Assembly (NCBI GenBank): GCA_035255025.1
Contig: DATFAB010000073.1
Coordinates: forward strand, 18,186 to 82,185
Length of the DNA stretch: 64,000 nt
Reading direction: 5' to 3'
Origin: Geomonas sp.
GTDB taxonomy: Bacteria > Desulfobacterota > Desulfuromonadia > Geobacterales > Geobacteraceae
Positions 28,562 to 38,242 of this stretch are shown here, piece after piece (the first letter of the stretch is position 1; every line of letters begins with the position of its first letter). A program made the translations under genes and the position numbers. Under the pieces are notes generated by a model. That model was not told the DNA's origin. It worked only from the letters and a program-made list of their open reading frames with translations, and ran no database searches.

Positions 28562-29662
28562 ATGTTCGATCGACGGCTTTTCACCAACTTCGACTGGACC
28601 CTGCTTGCGGTGGTGCTGCTCATCACTGGCGTCGGGGTCGTCAACATATACAGCGCCTCTTCTTCCTACCGTGAAATCGGCACCCCCTATTTCCTCAAGC
28701 AGCTCTACTGGATAGTGGCCGGCCTCATGCTCTGCCTGACGGTCTGCAGCCTCGACTACCACATGCTTGAGGACTTCGCCTACTGGCTGTACGGCGCGGT
28801 ACTCATCCTGCTGGTCCTGGTGCTGGTGATCGGCAAGGTCTCCATGGGGGCGAAGCGCTGGATCTACCTGGGCTTTTTCACCATTCAGCCCTCCGAGCCG
28901 ATGAAGATCGTCATCATCATCACCCTGGCGCGCTTCTTCAGCCGCTACCCGGTCTTCAAGGGACTTACCCTGCGGGATCTCCTCTACCCGCTGCTGCTGC
29001 TGGGCGGACCGGCGCTTTTGATCATGAAGCAGCCTGACCTCGGCACCGCCATTTTGGTCTCGCTCATCGCCGGGACCATCATCCTCTTCGTCGGCGTGCG
29101 CTGGTCGGCCCTCGCCACCATGTTCGCGGCCGCCATTCCCACCGTCTACGTCGCCTGGCGCTACGTGTTGCACGACTACCAGAAGGACCGCATCTACAAC
29201 TTCTTAAACCCCGACCTGGACCCGCAGGGTAGCGGCTACCACATCATCCAGAGCAAGATCGCGGTCGGCTCCGGGGCCACCTTCGGCAAGGGGTTCATGC
29301 ACGGCACCCAGTCGCAGCTTCGCTTTTTGCCCGAACAGCACACCGACTTCGCCTTCTCCGTGTTCGGCGAGGAGTGGGGGTTCGTCGGCTGCCTGGTGAT
29401 GCTGGTCCTCTACCTGTTCCTGATCCTCTGGGGACTGGGGATCGCCAAGAAGTGCAACGACCGCTTCGGCTCGCTTTTGGCGGTCGGCGTCTGCGCCATG
29501 CTCTTCTGGCACATCGTGATCAACATGGGGATGGTGATCGGCCTGTTCCCGGTGGTGGGGGTGCCGCTTCCCTTCTTCTCCTACGGGGGGACCTCCATGG
29601 TCACCTCCATGATCGGTGTCGGCATCCTGCTGAACGTCAGCATGCGGCGCTTCATGTTCTAA
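28562..29662 (+). CDS. rodA: Rod shape-determining protein RodA (SEDS glycosyltransferase)
   Basis: GAKRWI, QPSE, KQPDLGT, PEQHTDF, LPFFSYGGTS. Confidence 0.96.
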   Translation: MFDRRLFTNFDWTLLAVVLLITGVGVVNIYSASSSYREIGTPYFLKQLYWIVAGLMLCLTVCSLDYHMLEDFAYWLYGAVLILLVLVLVIGKVSMGAKRWIYLGFFTIQPSEPMKIVIIITLARFFSRYPVFKGLTLRDLLYPLLLLGGPALLIMKQPDLGTAILVSLIAGTIILFVGVRWSALATMFAAAIPTVYVAWRYVLHDYQKDRIYNFLNPDLDPQGSGYHIIQSKIAVGSGATFGKGFMHGTQSQLRFLPEQHTDFAFSVFGEEWGFVGCLVMLVLYLFLILWGLGIAKKCNDRFGSLLAVGVCAMLFWHIVINMGMVIGLFPVVGVPLPFFSYGGTSMVTSMIGVGILLNVSMRRFMF

Positions 29663-29675
29663 AAGAGGGGGCTGC

Positions 29676-30812
29676 ATGCGCATCACCTTGCTGGAGCCCT
29701 ACTTTACCGGCTCCCATGCGGCCTGGGCCCGCGAATTCGCCCTCTACAGCCGGCACCAGGTGGAACTTTTAACGCTGCCGGGGCGCAACTGGAAGTGGCG
29801 CATGCACGGGGGCGCGGTCACCCTGGCCAGCCGCTATCTCGCCGAAGAAAGAAAGAGCGACCTCCTCCTCGCCACCGACATGCTGGACCTCACCACCTTC
29901 CTCGCTCTCACCAGGAAGGCCACCAGCCACTGCCGCACGGCCATCTACTTCCACGAAAACCAGCTCACCTATCCCTGGTCTCCCGACGACGGTGATCCCG
30001 TCTTGCGGCGCGACCTGCACTACGCCTTCATAAACTACTCGAGCGCCCTTTGCGCCGACGCAGTCCTTTTCAACTCCTCCTACCATAAAAACTCCTTTCT
30101 GGACGCGCTCCCCGGCTTTCTGAAGGGTTTTCCCGATTATGACGAGGCCGACTCCGCGCGGCAGGTCGCGGACAGGAGCCGCGTGCTTCCGCTCGGCCTG
30201 GACCTGCGCAAGCTCGACCAGCACCGGCCGCAACCCCTTGCGGTGAGCAAAGCGCCGCTCATCCTCTGGAACCACCGCTGGGAATACGACAAGGCGCCGG
30301 AGCAGTTTTTCGAGGCTCTCTACCAGCTTGCCGGGGAGGGAGTGGAGTTCCGGCTGGCGGTACTCGGCGAGTCGTTCCGCAAGGCGCCCCCGGTCTTCCT
30401 GCAGGCGCGCGAGCGGCTCTCCTCGCGCATCGTCGGGTGGGGCTACCAGGAGAGCTTCGCCGATTATGCGGGGTGGCTTTGGCAGGCTGACCTGCTGCCG
30501 GTCACCTCCCGCCAGGAATTCTTCGGTGCCAGCGTGGTGCAGGCCCTCTACTGCGGCTGCGCGGCGCTGCTCCCTGAGCGCCTGGCCTATCCCGAGCACG
30601 TCCCCTGCGGCAAGGCCGCCGAGGTTCTCTACCAGCAGGAGGAGCAACTTGTTGACAGACTGAGGGGAATTTTGACCGGGGAGCTGCAGGTGCCCCAGCT
30701 CCATGGTCACGTGGCGCGTTATGACTGGCAAAACATGGCGCCGCTCTACGATGACTTCTTCGAACGGTTGGCAGCGGGAGACGGCCAGGTGCCGCCGGGG
30801 CCTACCCTGTAG
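29676..30812 (+). CDS. DUF3524 / GT-B glycosyltransferase, GTDC1 (QTMAN)-like
   Basis: LEPYFTGSH, WKWRMHG, YFHENQLTYP, FNSSYH, WNHRWEYDK, EFFG..LAYPE. Confidence 0.85.
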   Translation: MRITLLEPYFTGSHAAWAREFALYSRHQVELLTLPGRNWKWRMHGGAVTLASRYLAEERKSDLLLATDMLDLTTFLALTRKATSHCRTAIYFHENQLTYPWSPDDGDPVLRRDLHYAFINYSSALCADAVLFNSSYHKNSFLDALPGFLKGFPDYDEADSARQVADRSRVLPLGLDLRKLDQHRPQPLAVSKAPLILWNHRWEYDKAPEQFFEALYQLAGEGVEFRLAVLGESFRKAPPVFLQARERLSSRIVGWGYQESFADYAGWLWQADLLPVTSRQEFFGASVVQALYCGCAALLPERLAYPEHVPCGKAAEVLYQQEEQLVDRLRGILTGELQVPQLHGHVARYDWQNMAPLYDDFFERLAAGDGQVPPGPTL

Positions 30813-30969
30813 CGGTGTCCGCAGGAAAAGTGAGCTTTATGGAGGGGAAGTGGCGCTCTTTAAGGCTTTGCCGTTATCGGTCTGTGAGGTTGCTGAGAAA
30901 AGTAGGAGAGGGTTGAGACAGCAGGCTAACCTGCTGAAAAAACGCTGGTGCAGCGGGGGGCGGTGCAAG

Positions 30970-31001
30970 AGGGGAGGGGCGCGTAAGGCGCCCCTGATCC
31001 C
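30970..31001. terminator. Hairpin between convergent genes
   Basis: AGGGGCGC-GTAA-GGCGCCCCT immediately after the stop of the 49-aa gene; no clear U tract. Confidence 0.45.
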
Positions 31002-31003
31002 GA

Positions 31004-31153
31004 CTAGGCTGCCTTGTTGACGGTGATGATCTCGTCGCTCTTCACCAGCCAGATGGTGCCGCAAGAGGAGCATTCGAAGAGCCCTTTGGCGTAACCATCC
31101 GAGTGGATGTCGATCTCGATGTGTTTCTTGTTGTTGCAATGCGGGCAAATCAT
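31004..31153 (-). CDS. 49-aa zinc-ribbon microprotein (not in ORF track)
   Basis: GAGGAG RBS; MICPHCNNKKHIEIDIHSDGYAKGLFECSSCGTIWLVKSDEIITVNKAA with CxxC..CxxC; strongly host-like codon usage. Confidence 0.82.
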   Translation of the reverse strand: MICPHCNNKKHIEIDIHSDGYAKGLFECSSCGTIWLVKSDEIITVNKAA

Positions 31154-31609
31154 GGTGTTTCTCCTCTGTACGCGGTTGTTGTTATATTAATATATAGAAG
31201 GCCCGAGGCGGGTGCAAGTGTAAAATTTTCGAAAAAGTCACCTAAAACAATAGTTTAGAGAACGGTTCCGTTTTCAACCGTAAGCCAATTTTTTAAAACA
31301 ACCTTCCCGGCGCTCACCTCTGCCGCACCAGTTTCCCTTTTAACCTCCCGAAGTTACGATGTAATCGCAAAAATAAAACAAAGGTATGTCGAAAAAGCGA
31401 CCTCGGCTTTGTCCTTACGTAAACGTGACGCATGTGTCAGAATTTTTTTTGGGCGTCAATTGCCGAAAACTTGTTTTGATTCTGCCTGCCCTTGCCGTGC
31501 CGACTTTTTTGCAGTTTCCGGCATTTTAGCTCTGGAAAATGACATTGCTAAGTGATATCTTGGCCTTGTTTAATATGGTCACGTTACTCGTCCGAAGATA
31601 GGAGCCGTT

Positions 31610-32623
31610 ATGAAGGAAGCCATGTTCTACGACAAGCTGGAAGGGGGCCGGGTCCGTTGCCGCCTCTGCCGGTTCCATTGTCTGATCGGCCCCGGCATGC
31701 GGGGGCACTGCAGGGTGCGGGAGAACCGCGGGGGCGTGCTGGTTTCCCTGGTGTTCGGCAGGGCCGTGGCTGAGCATGTGGACCCCATCGAGAAGAAGCC
31801 GCTCTTCCACGTGCTTGCGGGCAGCCGTTCCTATGCCATCGCCACCGTTGGTTGCAACTTCCGCTGCCTGCACTGCCAAAACTACAGCATCTCGCAGCCT
31901 GACGAGGGGAGTATCGAGTTCTCGGGAAACCTGGTGGAACCGGAAACCGTGGTCCAGAGAGCGCTGGCCCACGGCTGCCGCTCCATTGCCTACACCTACA
32001 CGGAACCTACCATCTTCTTCGAGTACGCCTACGAGACGGCCAAGCTGGCCAGGGCCGCGGGGCTCAAGAACGTGTTTGTCACCAACGGCTACATCACCAA
32101 CGAGGCGCTAGGCGTGATCGCTCCCTACCTGGATGCCGCCAACATCGACCTCAAGGGGTTCACCGATTCCTTCTACCGCGAGGTGGTGGGCGCTTCCCTC
32201 CCTGAGGTGCTCGATTGCATCAGGGAGTACAAAAGGCTCGGCATCTGGCTGGAGCTGACCACCCTGGTGATCCCGCACCGCAACGATTCCGAACAGGAAC
32301 TGCGCAAGATAGCCGAGTTCATCGTGGGCGAGCTAGGCGCCGGCACCCCCTGGCATGTCACCCAGTTCTACCCCACCTACCGGCTGCAGGATGAAGCGCG
32401 CACTCCGGTAGCAACCCTGCGCAGCGCCCGCAAGATAGGGCTGGAGGCCGGTCTGCGCTACGTTTACGAGGGGAACGTCCCCGGCGAAGGTGGCGAGAAC
32501 AGTTACTGCCCGGGCTGCCAGCAGCTGCTGATCAAGAGGTACGGTTACCAGATCGAGAAGAACCTGCTGGTGGAGGGGCGCTGTCCGTCCTGCAGCTTCG
32601 CCGTCGACGGCATCTGGGAGTAG
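31610..32623 (+). CDS. amrS: AmmeMemoRadiSam system radical SAM enzyme
   Basis: CRLC..C..G.CRVREN, DPIEKKPLFH, CNFRCLHCQN, AYTYTEPT, C-terminal CPGC..CPSC. Confidence 0.93.
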   Translation: MKEAMFYDKLEGGRVRCRLCRFHCLIGPGMRGHCRVRENRGGVLVSLVFGRAVAEHVDPIEKKPLFHVLAGSRSYAIATVGCNFRCLHCQNYSISQPDEGSIEFSGNLVEPETVVQRALAHGCRSIAYTYTEPTIFFEYAYETAKLARAAGLKNVFVTNGYITNEALGVIAPYLDAANIDLKGFTDSFYREVVGASLPEVLDCIREYKRLGIWLELTTLVIPHRNDSEQELRKIAEFIVGELGAGTPWHVTQFYPTYRLQDEARTPVATLRSARKIGLEAGLRYVYEGNVPGEGGENSYCPGCQQLLIKRYGYQIEKNLLVEGRCPSCSFAVDGIWE

Positions 32624-32627
32624 CTGG

Positions 32628-34352
32628 ATGTTCTGCCTGAACAACAAATCGAAGGCCAGCAAGGCGATCATGGACCGCAAGCTCCTCTTCACCGGGCTCT
32701 GCCTGATCGTCGTGTACTGGCTGCTGGATGCCGCCCTGGACGTCGCCGTCTTCAAGGAGGCGAGCTTTGTCAACGCCGTTACTGCTCCTCCCCACCACCA
32801 GATTGTGGACCGTCTGCTGGTGCTGGTGATTCTGTTGAGCTTTGCCCGCTACGGGCTTTATGCCTCCCAAAGCCGGGAGAGCCTGGAAGAGGCCCTGCAG
32901 GACGCCCTGAAAAATGCGGAGCACGAGAGGGCCAAGCTGGTGGCGGTAGTCGAGGCGATGGGAGACGGCATCTCCATCCAGGCACCTGATCTGACCGTCC
33001 TGTACCAGAACCAGGTGCACCAGCAGATCACTGGTAGCCATGCCGGGGAGCCCTGCTACCAGGCCTACCGGCATGAGAGCGCGCCCTGCCAGGGGTGCCA
33101 CCTGCTGGAGGCTTTCCAGGAGGGGGGTGTGCACCGCCTCGAGGTTCGCCGCGAAGGGAGTCAGGGGCCCCGCTGGTACGAAATCCTCGGTTCTGCTGCC
33201 AGGGATGAGGCGGGGCGGGTGACCGCCGGTGTCGAGGTTATGCGCGACATCACCGAGAGAAAAGCCGCCGAGCAGGCCGTCGGCAAGCAGGCTGCCCTGC
33301 TGCAGCACCTGATCGACACCATTCCCAACCCCGTCTATTACCAGGATGCCAACGGCCGCTTCATCTGGTGCAATTTCGCCTTTGCCGCCTGGCTGGGCAA
33401 GCCGCGTGAGCTGCTGATCGGGCGCACCATCGCCGAAGTGGCGCCGGCGCAGGTAAGCCGGGCCTTCCAGGAGAAGGAGCCGGCAGTCCAGGAGACCACC
33501 CTGCTGCGCGGCGACGGAGAGCTGCGCGACATCATCTTCTACAAGTCCGTCTACCAGGAGCAGGGGGGAGAGCCGGGTGGCCTGGTCGGGGCCATTATCG
33601 ACATCACCTTGCGCAAACGGGCCGAGCAGGAGATCTTCGGCCTGAACGCGGCGCTCACCCAGCAGGCGGTTGAGTTGCAGCAGGTGAATCGCGAACTGGA
33701 GGCCTTCAACCATGCCATCTCCCATGACCTGCGCACTTCCCTTACCAGGATCTACAGTTACGCCCAGCTCCTCCAGGACTGCGAGGGGACGACGGACCAG
33801 GATCGGGCGAGCTACGTGCAGGGGGTGAACGAGGGGTGTCTGCAGGTGGAGGGGCTGTTGAACTCCCTGCTGTCGCTGTCCCGGGCCACCGAGGTGTCGC
33901 TGAAAAAAGACCAGGTGGATCTCAGCACGATCGCCTCGCAGATTGCCCGGGGTTTGCAGATGGCTGATCCGCACCGGTCGGCATCTTTCCGGATCCAGCC
34001 CGGCCTGCAGGCCGCCGGTGACCAGCAGCTCATGCAGGTCGCCCTGGAGAACCTGATCGGCAACGCCTGGAAGTACACCGCCAGGGCACCGGAAACCTTA
34101 ATCGAGGTGGGGGCGGTCCATTCAGGCGCAGAGACGGTCTTCTTCGTGAAAGACAACGGAGCCGGTTACGACAGTTCCCAAAGCGACGATCTCTTCAAGC
34201 CGTTCCGCCGGCTGCATTCCTCCACCGATTTCCCCGGCAACGGCCTGGGCCTCGCCACCGTCCGCCGCATCATCCGTCGCCACAACGGCCGCGTCTGGGG
34301 GGAGAGCAGTCCTGGCCAGGGCGCGACCTTCTTCTTTACCGTCGGTACCTGA
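32628..34352 (+). CDS. Membrane-anchored dual-PAS sensor histidine kinase
   Basis: 2 TM helices, two PAS domains (RDITERK, IDITLRK), H-box SHDLRT, N-box NLIGNAWKY, DNGAG, GNGLGL; alternative start 32670. Confidence 0.93.
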   Translation: MFCLNNKSKASKAIMDRKLLFTGLCLIVVYWLLDAALDVAVFKEASFVNAVTAPPHHQIVDRLLVLVILLSFARYGLYASQSRESLEEALQDALKNAEHERAKLVAVVEAMGDGISIQAPDLTVLYQNQVHQQITGSHAGEPCYQAYRHESAPCQGCHLLEAFQEGGVHRLEVRREGSQGPRWYEILGSAARDEAGRVTAGVEVMRDITERKAAEQAVGKQAALLQHLIDTIPNPVYYQDANGRFIWCNFAFAAWLGKPRELLIGRTIAEVAPAQVSRAFQEKEPAVQETTLLRGDGELRDIIFYKSVYQEQGGEPGGLVGAIIDITLRKRAEQEIFGLNAALTQQAVELQQVNRELEAFNHAISHDLRTSLTRIYSYAQLLQDCEGTTDQDRASYVQGVNEGCLQVEGLLNSLLSLSRATEVSLKKDQVDLSTIASQIARGLQMADPHRSASFRIQPGLQAAGDQQLMQVALENLIGNAWKYTARAPETLIEVGAVHSGAETVFFVKDNGAGYDSSQSDDLFKPFRRLHSSTDFPGNGLGLATVRRIIRRHNGRVWGESSPGQGATFFFTVGT

Positions 34353-34443
34353 AATCCCTCTCTAATGTAAAAGTTGCCCACCGTCCGCAATTCATGCTAT
34401 ACATCGCAGGTTAGCGCTGTAATTCCACCGTGGAGAGGTTTTC

Positions 34444-35097
34444 TTGAAGGTTTCACTGCTTCGTCGCTCCTGGGTGACTTTTTCGTGCTGGGTGGTCGGT
34501 ACCTATGCCTCCGGCATCAACCGGTTTGTGGTCAGGGGCGCCGAACGCATCCCCCGCAGCGGCGGCGTGTTGATCGCGTCCAACCATATCTCCGCCTACG
34601 ACACCATCTTCCTGCCCTGGGCTGTGGCCAGGAGAAATCCCCTGCAGATGATCTGGGCGCCCGCCAAAGAGGAGCTGTTCCAGAATCCGCTGAAGGGATT
34701 CATCTACCGGTCCTGGGGGGCTTTTCCCGTGAAACGGGGGCGGGACGTGCGGGCCGGCAAGCATCTCAACGATCTGCTGCTCGATCAAAAGGTCATGCTT
34801 TACCCGGAGGGGACCCGCCACAAGGACGGCGTGCTCGGCAAGGGTAACCGGGGCGTGGGCAAGATCATCTACGACGTCCGGCCCCAGGTGATACCGGTCG
34901 CCCTCACCGGCATCAACCGCTGGAAGTTCCCCTCCTGTAACGCCAAGGGGGGCGCCTCCTTCGGCTGCGCCATCGACTTCGAGGACCTGTTCCAGCTGCC
35001 CGACTGCAAGGAGACTCACCAGCTGATCGTGGACCGGGTGATGGACGCCATCGCCACGCTGCTCAAAGAGGAAGGGGCCTACATACATGCTGGTTGA
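34444..35097 (+). CDS. plsC: Lysophospholipid (1-acyl-sn-glycerol-3-phosphate) acyltransferase
   Basis: SNHISAYD (NHxxxxD), AKEELF, YPEGTR. Confidence 0.88.
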   Translation: MKVSLLRRSWVTFSCWVVGTYASGINRFVVRGAERIPRSGGVLIASNHISAYDTIFLPWAVARRNPLQMIWAPAKEELFQNPLKGFIYRSWGAFPVKRGRDVRAGKHLNDLLLDQKVMLYPEGTRHKDGVLGKGNRGVGKIIYDVRPQVIPVALTGINRWKFPSCNAKGGASFGCAIDFEDLFQLPDCKETHQLIVDRVMDAIATLLKEEGAYIHAG

Positions 35098-35533
35098 GAT
35101 TTTTTCCGACGGGGCCTGCAGCGGCAACCCCGGCATCGGCGGCTACGGCAGCATCCTGCGCTGCGCCGGCAGGGTCAAGGAACTCTCCGGAGCGGAAGGG
35201 CTCACCACCAACAACCGGATGGAGATGACCGGGGCAATCGCCGCTCTCGAGGCGCTGACCCGTCCCTGCGAGGTGGTGGTGACCTCTGATTCCCAGTACC
35301 TGGTGAAGGGGATGACCGAGTGGCTGCCGGGGTGGGTGCGTAAGGGGTGGGTCAACAGCAAGAAGGAACAGGTCGTCAACCGTGACCTCTGGGAGAAGCT
35401 TTTGGCCCTTTCCAAGGTGCACAAGATCAAGTGGGTCTGGATCCGGGGCCACAACGGCCATGCCGAGAACGAACGCTGTGACGAGCTGGCGCGGGGCGCC
35501 ATCGACGAGTTCCGCAGGCAAACCCTCAGCTAG
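35087..35533 (+). CDS. rnhA: Ribonuclease HI
   Basis: [41 protein letters not shown]. Confidence 0.97.
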   Translation: MLVEIFSDGACSGNPGIGGYGSILRCAGRVKELSGAEGLTTNNRMEMTGAIAALEALTRPCEVVVTSDSQYLVKGMTEWLPGWVRKGWVNSKKEQVVNRDLWEKLLALSKVHKIKWVWIRGHNGHAENERCDELARGAIDEFRRQTLS

Positions 35534-35581
35534 ACGCGTCGGTTCCCCGCGGTCTGACCAGCCCCTGGTCCCGGAGGTTTT

Positions 35582-35887
35582 TTGGATTATTTCATCATCG
35601 AGGTCTCCGAGGAGGAGATCAAGCGCGAGCGCGAAAAGGCCCGCGAATTGCGCAAGAGCCAGTGGTGGAAAAACCGGCTTGGCAAGGGGCTTTGCCACTG
35701 GTGCCGGCGGCGCTTTCCCCCCGCCGAGCTCTCCATGGACCACATCGTCCCGGTCATCCGGGGCGGCAAGAGCGGCAAAGGGAATGTGGTCCCCAGCTGC
35801 AAAGAGTGCAATAACAAGAAGAAACACATGCTCCCCATCGAGTGGGAGGAGTACCTGACGACCTTTTCCCGTGATGACGGCGAGTAA
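35582..35887 (+). CDS. Small HNH endonuclease
   Basis: CHWC..MDHIVP..RGG..GNVVPSCKECNNKK. Confidence 0.9.
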   Translation: MDYFIIEVSEEEIKREREKARELRKSQWWKNRLGKGLCHWCRRRFPPAELSMDHIVPVIRGGKSGKGNVVPSCKECNNKKKHMLPIEWEEYLTTFSRDDGE

Positions 35888-35906
35888 CGGGCGTCGCGGA
35901 GCCAAC

Positions 35907-36527
35907 GTGAGTAAAGCAATCAAAGCCGTCATCTACGATTGTGACGGTGTCCTGTTCGATTCCTTCGAGGCGAACTTCGCTTTCTATACGCAGATCATCG
36001 AGCGCTTCGGCAAGCCCCCCCTGGACCGCTCCGATGCCGATACCATGAGGATCCTGCACACCTACTGCAACAAGGACGTCCTTAGCTACCTCTTTGCCGG
36101 TGATGACAGGATGGGCGAGGTGCGTGCCTTTTCCGCCTCGATCGACTACCGGCAGCTCTTTCCGCTTATGGTGATGGAGGAGGGGCTGCGCGAGACCTTG
36201 CAGGCCCTGCACGGCCGGGTGGAACTGGCTGTTTGCACCAACCGGGCCAGCTCCATGGACATGCTCTTGGCCTCCTTCGGGCTGGGCCGCTACTTCAGCT
36301 GCGTGATGACGGCGGGCCTGGTGAGCAATCCCAAGCCGCATCCCGAGCCGGTGCTCAAGGTGCTCGACCATTACGGCATCGCAGCAGGGGAAGCGCTCTT
36401 CGTGGGGGATTCCGAGGTGGACCGCCAGGCGGCCGATGCTGCCGGCGTTCCTTTTGTGGCCTACCGGGGCGACATGCCCGCCCTGGCAAGAATAGAGCGG
36501 CACCAGGAACTGCTGTCGCTGTTGTGA
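35907..36527 (+). CDS. HAD-family hydrolase (phosphoglycolate phosphatase-like)
   Basis: YDCDGVLFDS, CTNR, KPHPEP, VGDSEVD; GTG start after GGAG. Confidence 0.9.
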   Translation: MSKAIKAVIYDCDGVLFDSFEANFAFYTQIIERFGKPPLDRSDADTMRILHTYCNKDVLSYLFAGDDRMGEVRAFSASIDYRQLFPLMVMEEGLRETLQALHGRVELAVCTNRASSMDMLLASFGLGRYFSCVMTAGLVSNPKPHPEPVLKVLDHYGIAAGEALFVGDSEVDRQAADAAGVPFVAYRGDMPALARIERHQELLSLL

Positions 36528-36598
36528 AAGCTGAAGTTCAAAGCCGGTGACAGTCGGTTGAGCGCTTGCAAAATCACCTCCTGGCAGGGGAGTCACTG

Positions 36599-37051
36599 AT
36601 GGATCTTTCGACGGAAGAGAGCGAAAAACTTTTTCAGCGGGCATTGGAGGCTCTCTCCGCCGGGGAAACACCCTCTGCTCTGGCGCTTCTGGAACGGGCG
36701 CTTAAGATCGCCGACAACCCCTCCTGGCATTCCTACCTTGGGTACTGCATCGCCAAGGAACGGGGACAGTTAAAATCCGGCAGCGACCTCTGCCTCGCCA
36801 TCCTGCAGCTAGAGCCGGAGAACCCTGTCCACTACCTCAACCTGGCGAGGATTCATCTGATCGCCAAGCACAAAGCCGATGCACTCCGCGTTCTCCGGCA
36901 GGGGATGGCAGCCGCGGGAAACAACGCGGAAATAGCCGCTCTCCTTGAGGGGCTTGGCAACCGCAAGCCGCCGGTACTTTCTTTCCTGCCGAGGGAGCAT
37001 TTCTTGAACAAGTACCTTGGCATCGCCCTGGGACGCCTCCGGCTGCGCTAG
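36599..37051 (+). CDS. Tetratricopeptide repeat protein
   Basis: TPR-like helices (SYLGYCIA, ENPVHYLNLARIHL); GGAG RBS. Confidence 0.85.
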   Translation: MDLSTEESEKLFQRALEALSAGETPSALALLERALKIADNPSWHSYLGYCIAKERGQLKSGSDLCLAILQLEPENPVHYLNLARIHLIAKHKADALRVLRQGMAAAGNNAEIAALLEGLGNRKPPVLSFLPREHFLNKYLGIALGRLRLR

Positions 37052-37274
37052 GAGCGCCCAGTTGCCCGGACTTCCTCCGGTCTCCCCCCTTTCTTCTGCT
37101 GCTCCCCTTGTTGCCTTCTTTTACCCGTCCCTTTTCTGGTCGCTTTATCCCCTTTGGAGTTACTTTTTCTCACCTCGTGAATCGTGTTGATTGGCGGTTG
37201 CCTCGCATATAAATGCTGTAATAATTGTTCAGGTACTTGGGTTGTTGACACGCTGCGGATGGGGAGGTGACGCG

Positions 37275-37658
37275 ATGACCGACGAATTCAGGAAGCAGGG
37301 TGCTTTCAGCTGGTTTGAGCTCAGCACGACCGATGTACGCGCAGCCGAAGCCTTCTACACCAGACTGTTTGGCTGGACGACCGAACCGTGGACCGGAGAG
37401 GAGAGCTATCGCCTTATCAAGGTCGACGGCAAGGAGGTGGGTGGGATCGTGCAGAGCCGTGCCGGCGAGAGCCCCCCCCCCGCGGTATGGGGAATCTATG
37501 TCACGGTCACCGACGTCGACGCGACCGCCCGCAAGGCTGCCGAGTTGGGTGGCAAACTGTTAGTCCGGCCGACCGACATCCCGCGGGTCGGCAGGTTCTG
37601 TGTGATTCAGGACCCGCAGGGAGGTGTGATTACTGCCATTACCTATGCGCGTGGGTAG
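37275..37658 (+). CDS. VOC/glyoxalase family protein
   Basis: FSWFELSTTD..FYTRLFGW..WGIYVTVTDVD..DIPRVGRFCVIQDPQG. Confidence 0.92.
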   Translation: MTDEFRKQGAFSWFELSTTDVRAAEAFYTRLFGWTTEPWTGEESYRLIKVDGKEVGGIVQSRAGESPPPAVWGIYVTVTDVDATARKAAELGGKLLVRPTDIPRVGRFCVIQDPQGGVITAITYARG

Positions 37659-37714
37659 GGGAACAATGGGCAGATGAACAGCTGGTATCTCAGCGTACCC
37701 AAGGAGGTAAGCCT

Positions 37715-38107
37715 ATGGAGAACGACCATCCGGATCTGAAGTTCAAATCCAGCGGCACAGATGCTGTGTACCTCGCCAACGTCAACATCTTCTTTGGCGT
37801 ATTGTTCGGTCTCAACGTCTTCATCCATGACTGGCGTGAGGACAAGCTCGGTTCGCAGAGCGTGCTGCAAAAGTGCATCGACTGGTTCCGGCAGATGTAC
37901 GAAGGCGGCCTGCTCGGTAATCGGCTTCACATCGCAGCTCGCCACACGGCACGAAAAGATCTCGACGTCCAGATCCAGAAGATCCTTCACTACGTTGCGA
38001 TCTTTGGCGACGAAGCAGACATCACGGCGCTGTTGAACTCCGGCGTCGTCACCCGAAGGAGCAGTAAGAGAACCCGCAAGGTAACCAAGCCTGTGACTAC
38101 CAACTAA
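37715..38107 (+). CDS. Orphan 130-aa helical protein with basic C-terminal tail
   Basis: Strong AAGGAGGT RBS before ATG 37715; tail RRSSKRTRKVTK; terminator follows. Confidence 0.75.
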   Translation: MENDHPDLKFKSSGTDAVYLANVNIFFGVLFGLNVFIHDWREDKLGSQSVLQKCIDWFRQMYEGGLLGNRLHIAARHTARKDLDVQIQKILHYVAIFGDEADITALLNSGVVTRRSSKRTRKVTKPVTTN

Positions 38108-38166
38108 AACCAGCAACAAGCGGTCAGATTTCTCGGCCGCATAGTCAGCCCCTCCCGCTTGTTAAC

Positions 38167-38221
38167 ATGGCCCCGGCAGATGCGTCCCCTGCAGATAGGG
38201 AAACTCCGCCGGGGCATTTTT
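38167..38221 (+). terminator. Putative intrinsic terminator
   Basis: GCCCCGGC...GCCGGGGC followed by ATTTTT. Confidence 0.55.
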
Positions 38222-38242
38222 ATCCACGGCCTTTCCCCTCGA

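Noticed and set aside
30920-30945. CAGGCTAACCTGCTGAAAAAAC resembling an IS terminal repeat
   Set aside because: No partner repeat, target duplication or transposase nearby
33085-33102. CQGCH as a c-type heme site in the histidine kinase
   Set aside because: Lies after the second TM helix in a cytoplasmic PAS domain, out of reach of cytochrome c maturation
35582-35887. HNH gene as a homing endonuclease or mobile element
   Set aside because: Short, host-like codon usage, embedded in the plsC-rnhA-HAD run with no intron or insertion boundaries
38220-38228. TTATCCACG DnaA-box-like motifs (also near 2620)
   Set aside because: Isolated 8/9 matches with no cluster or origin context
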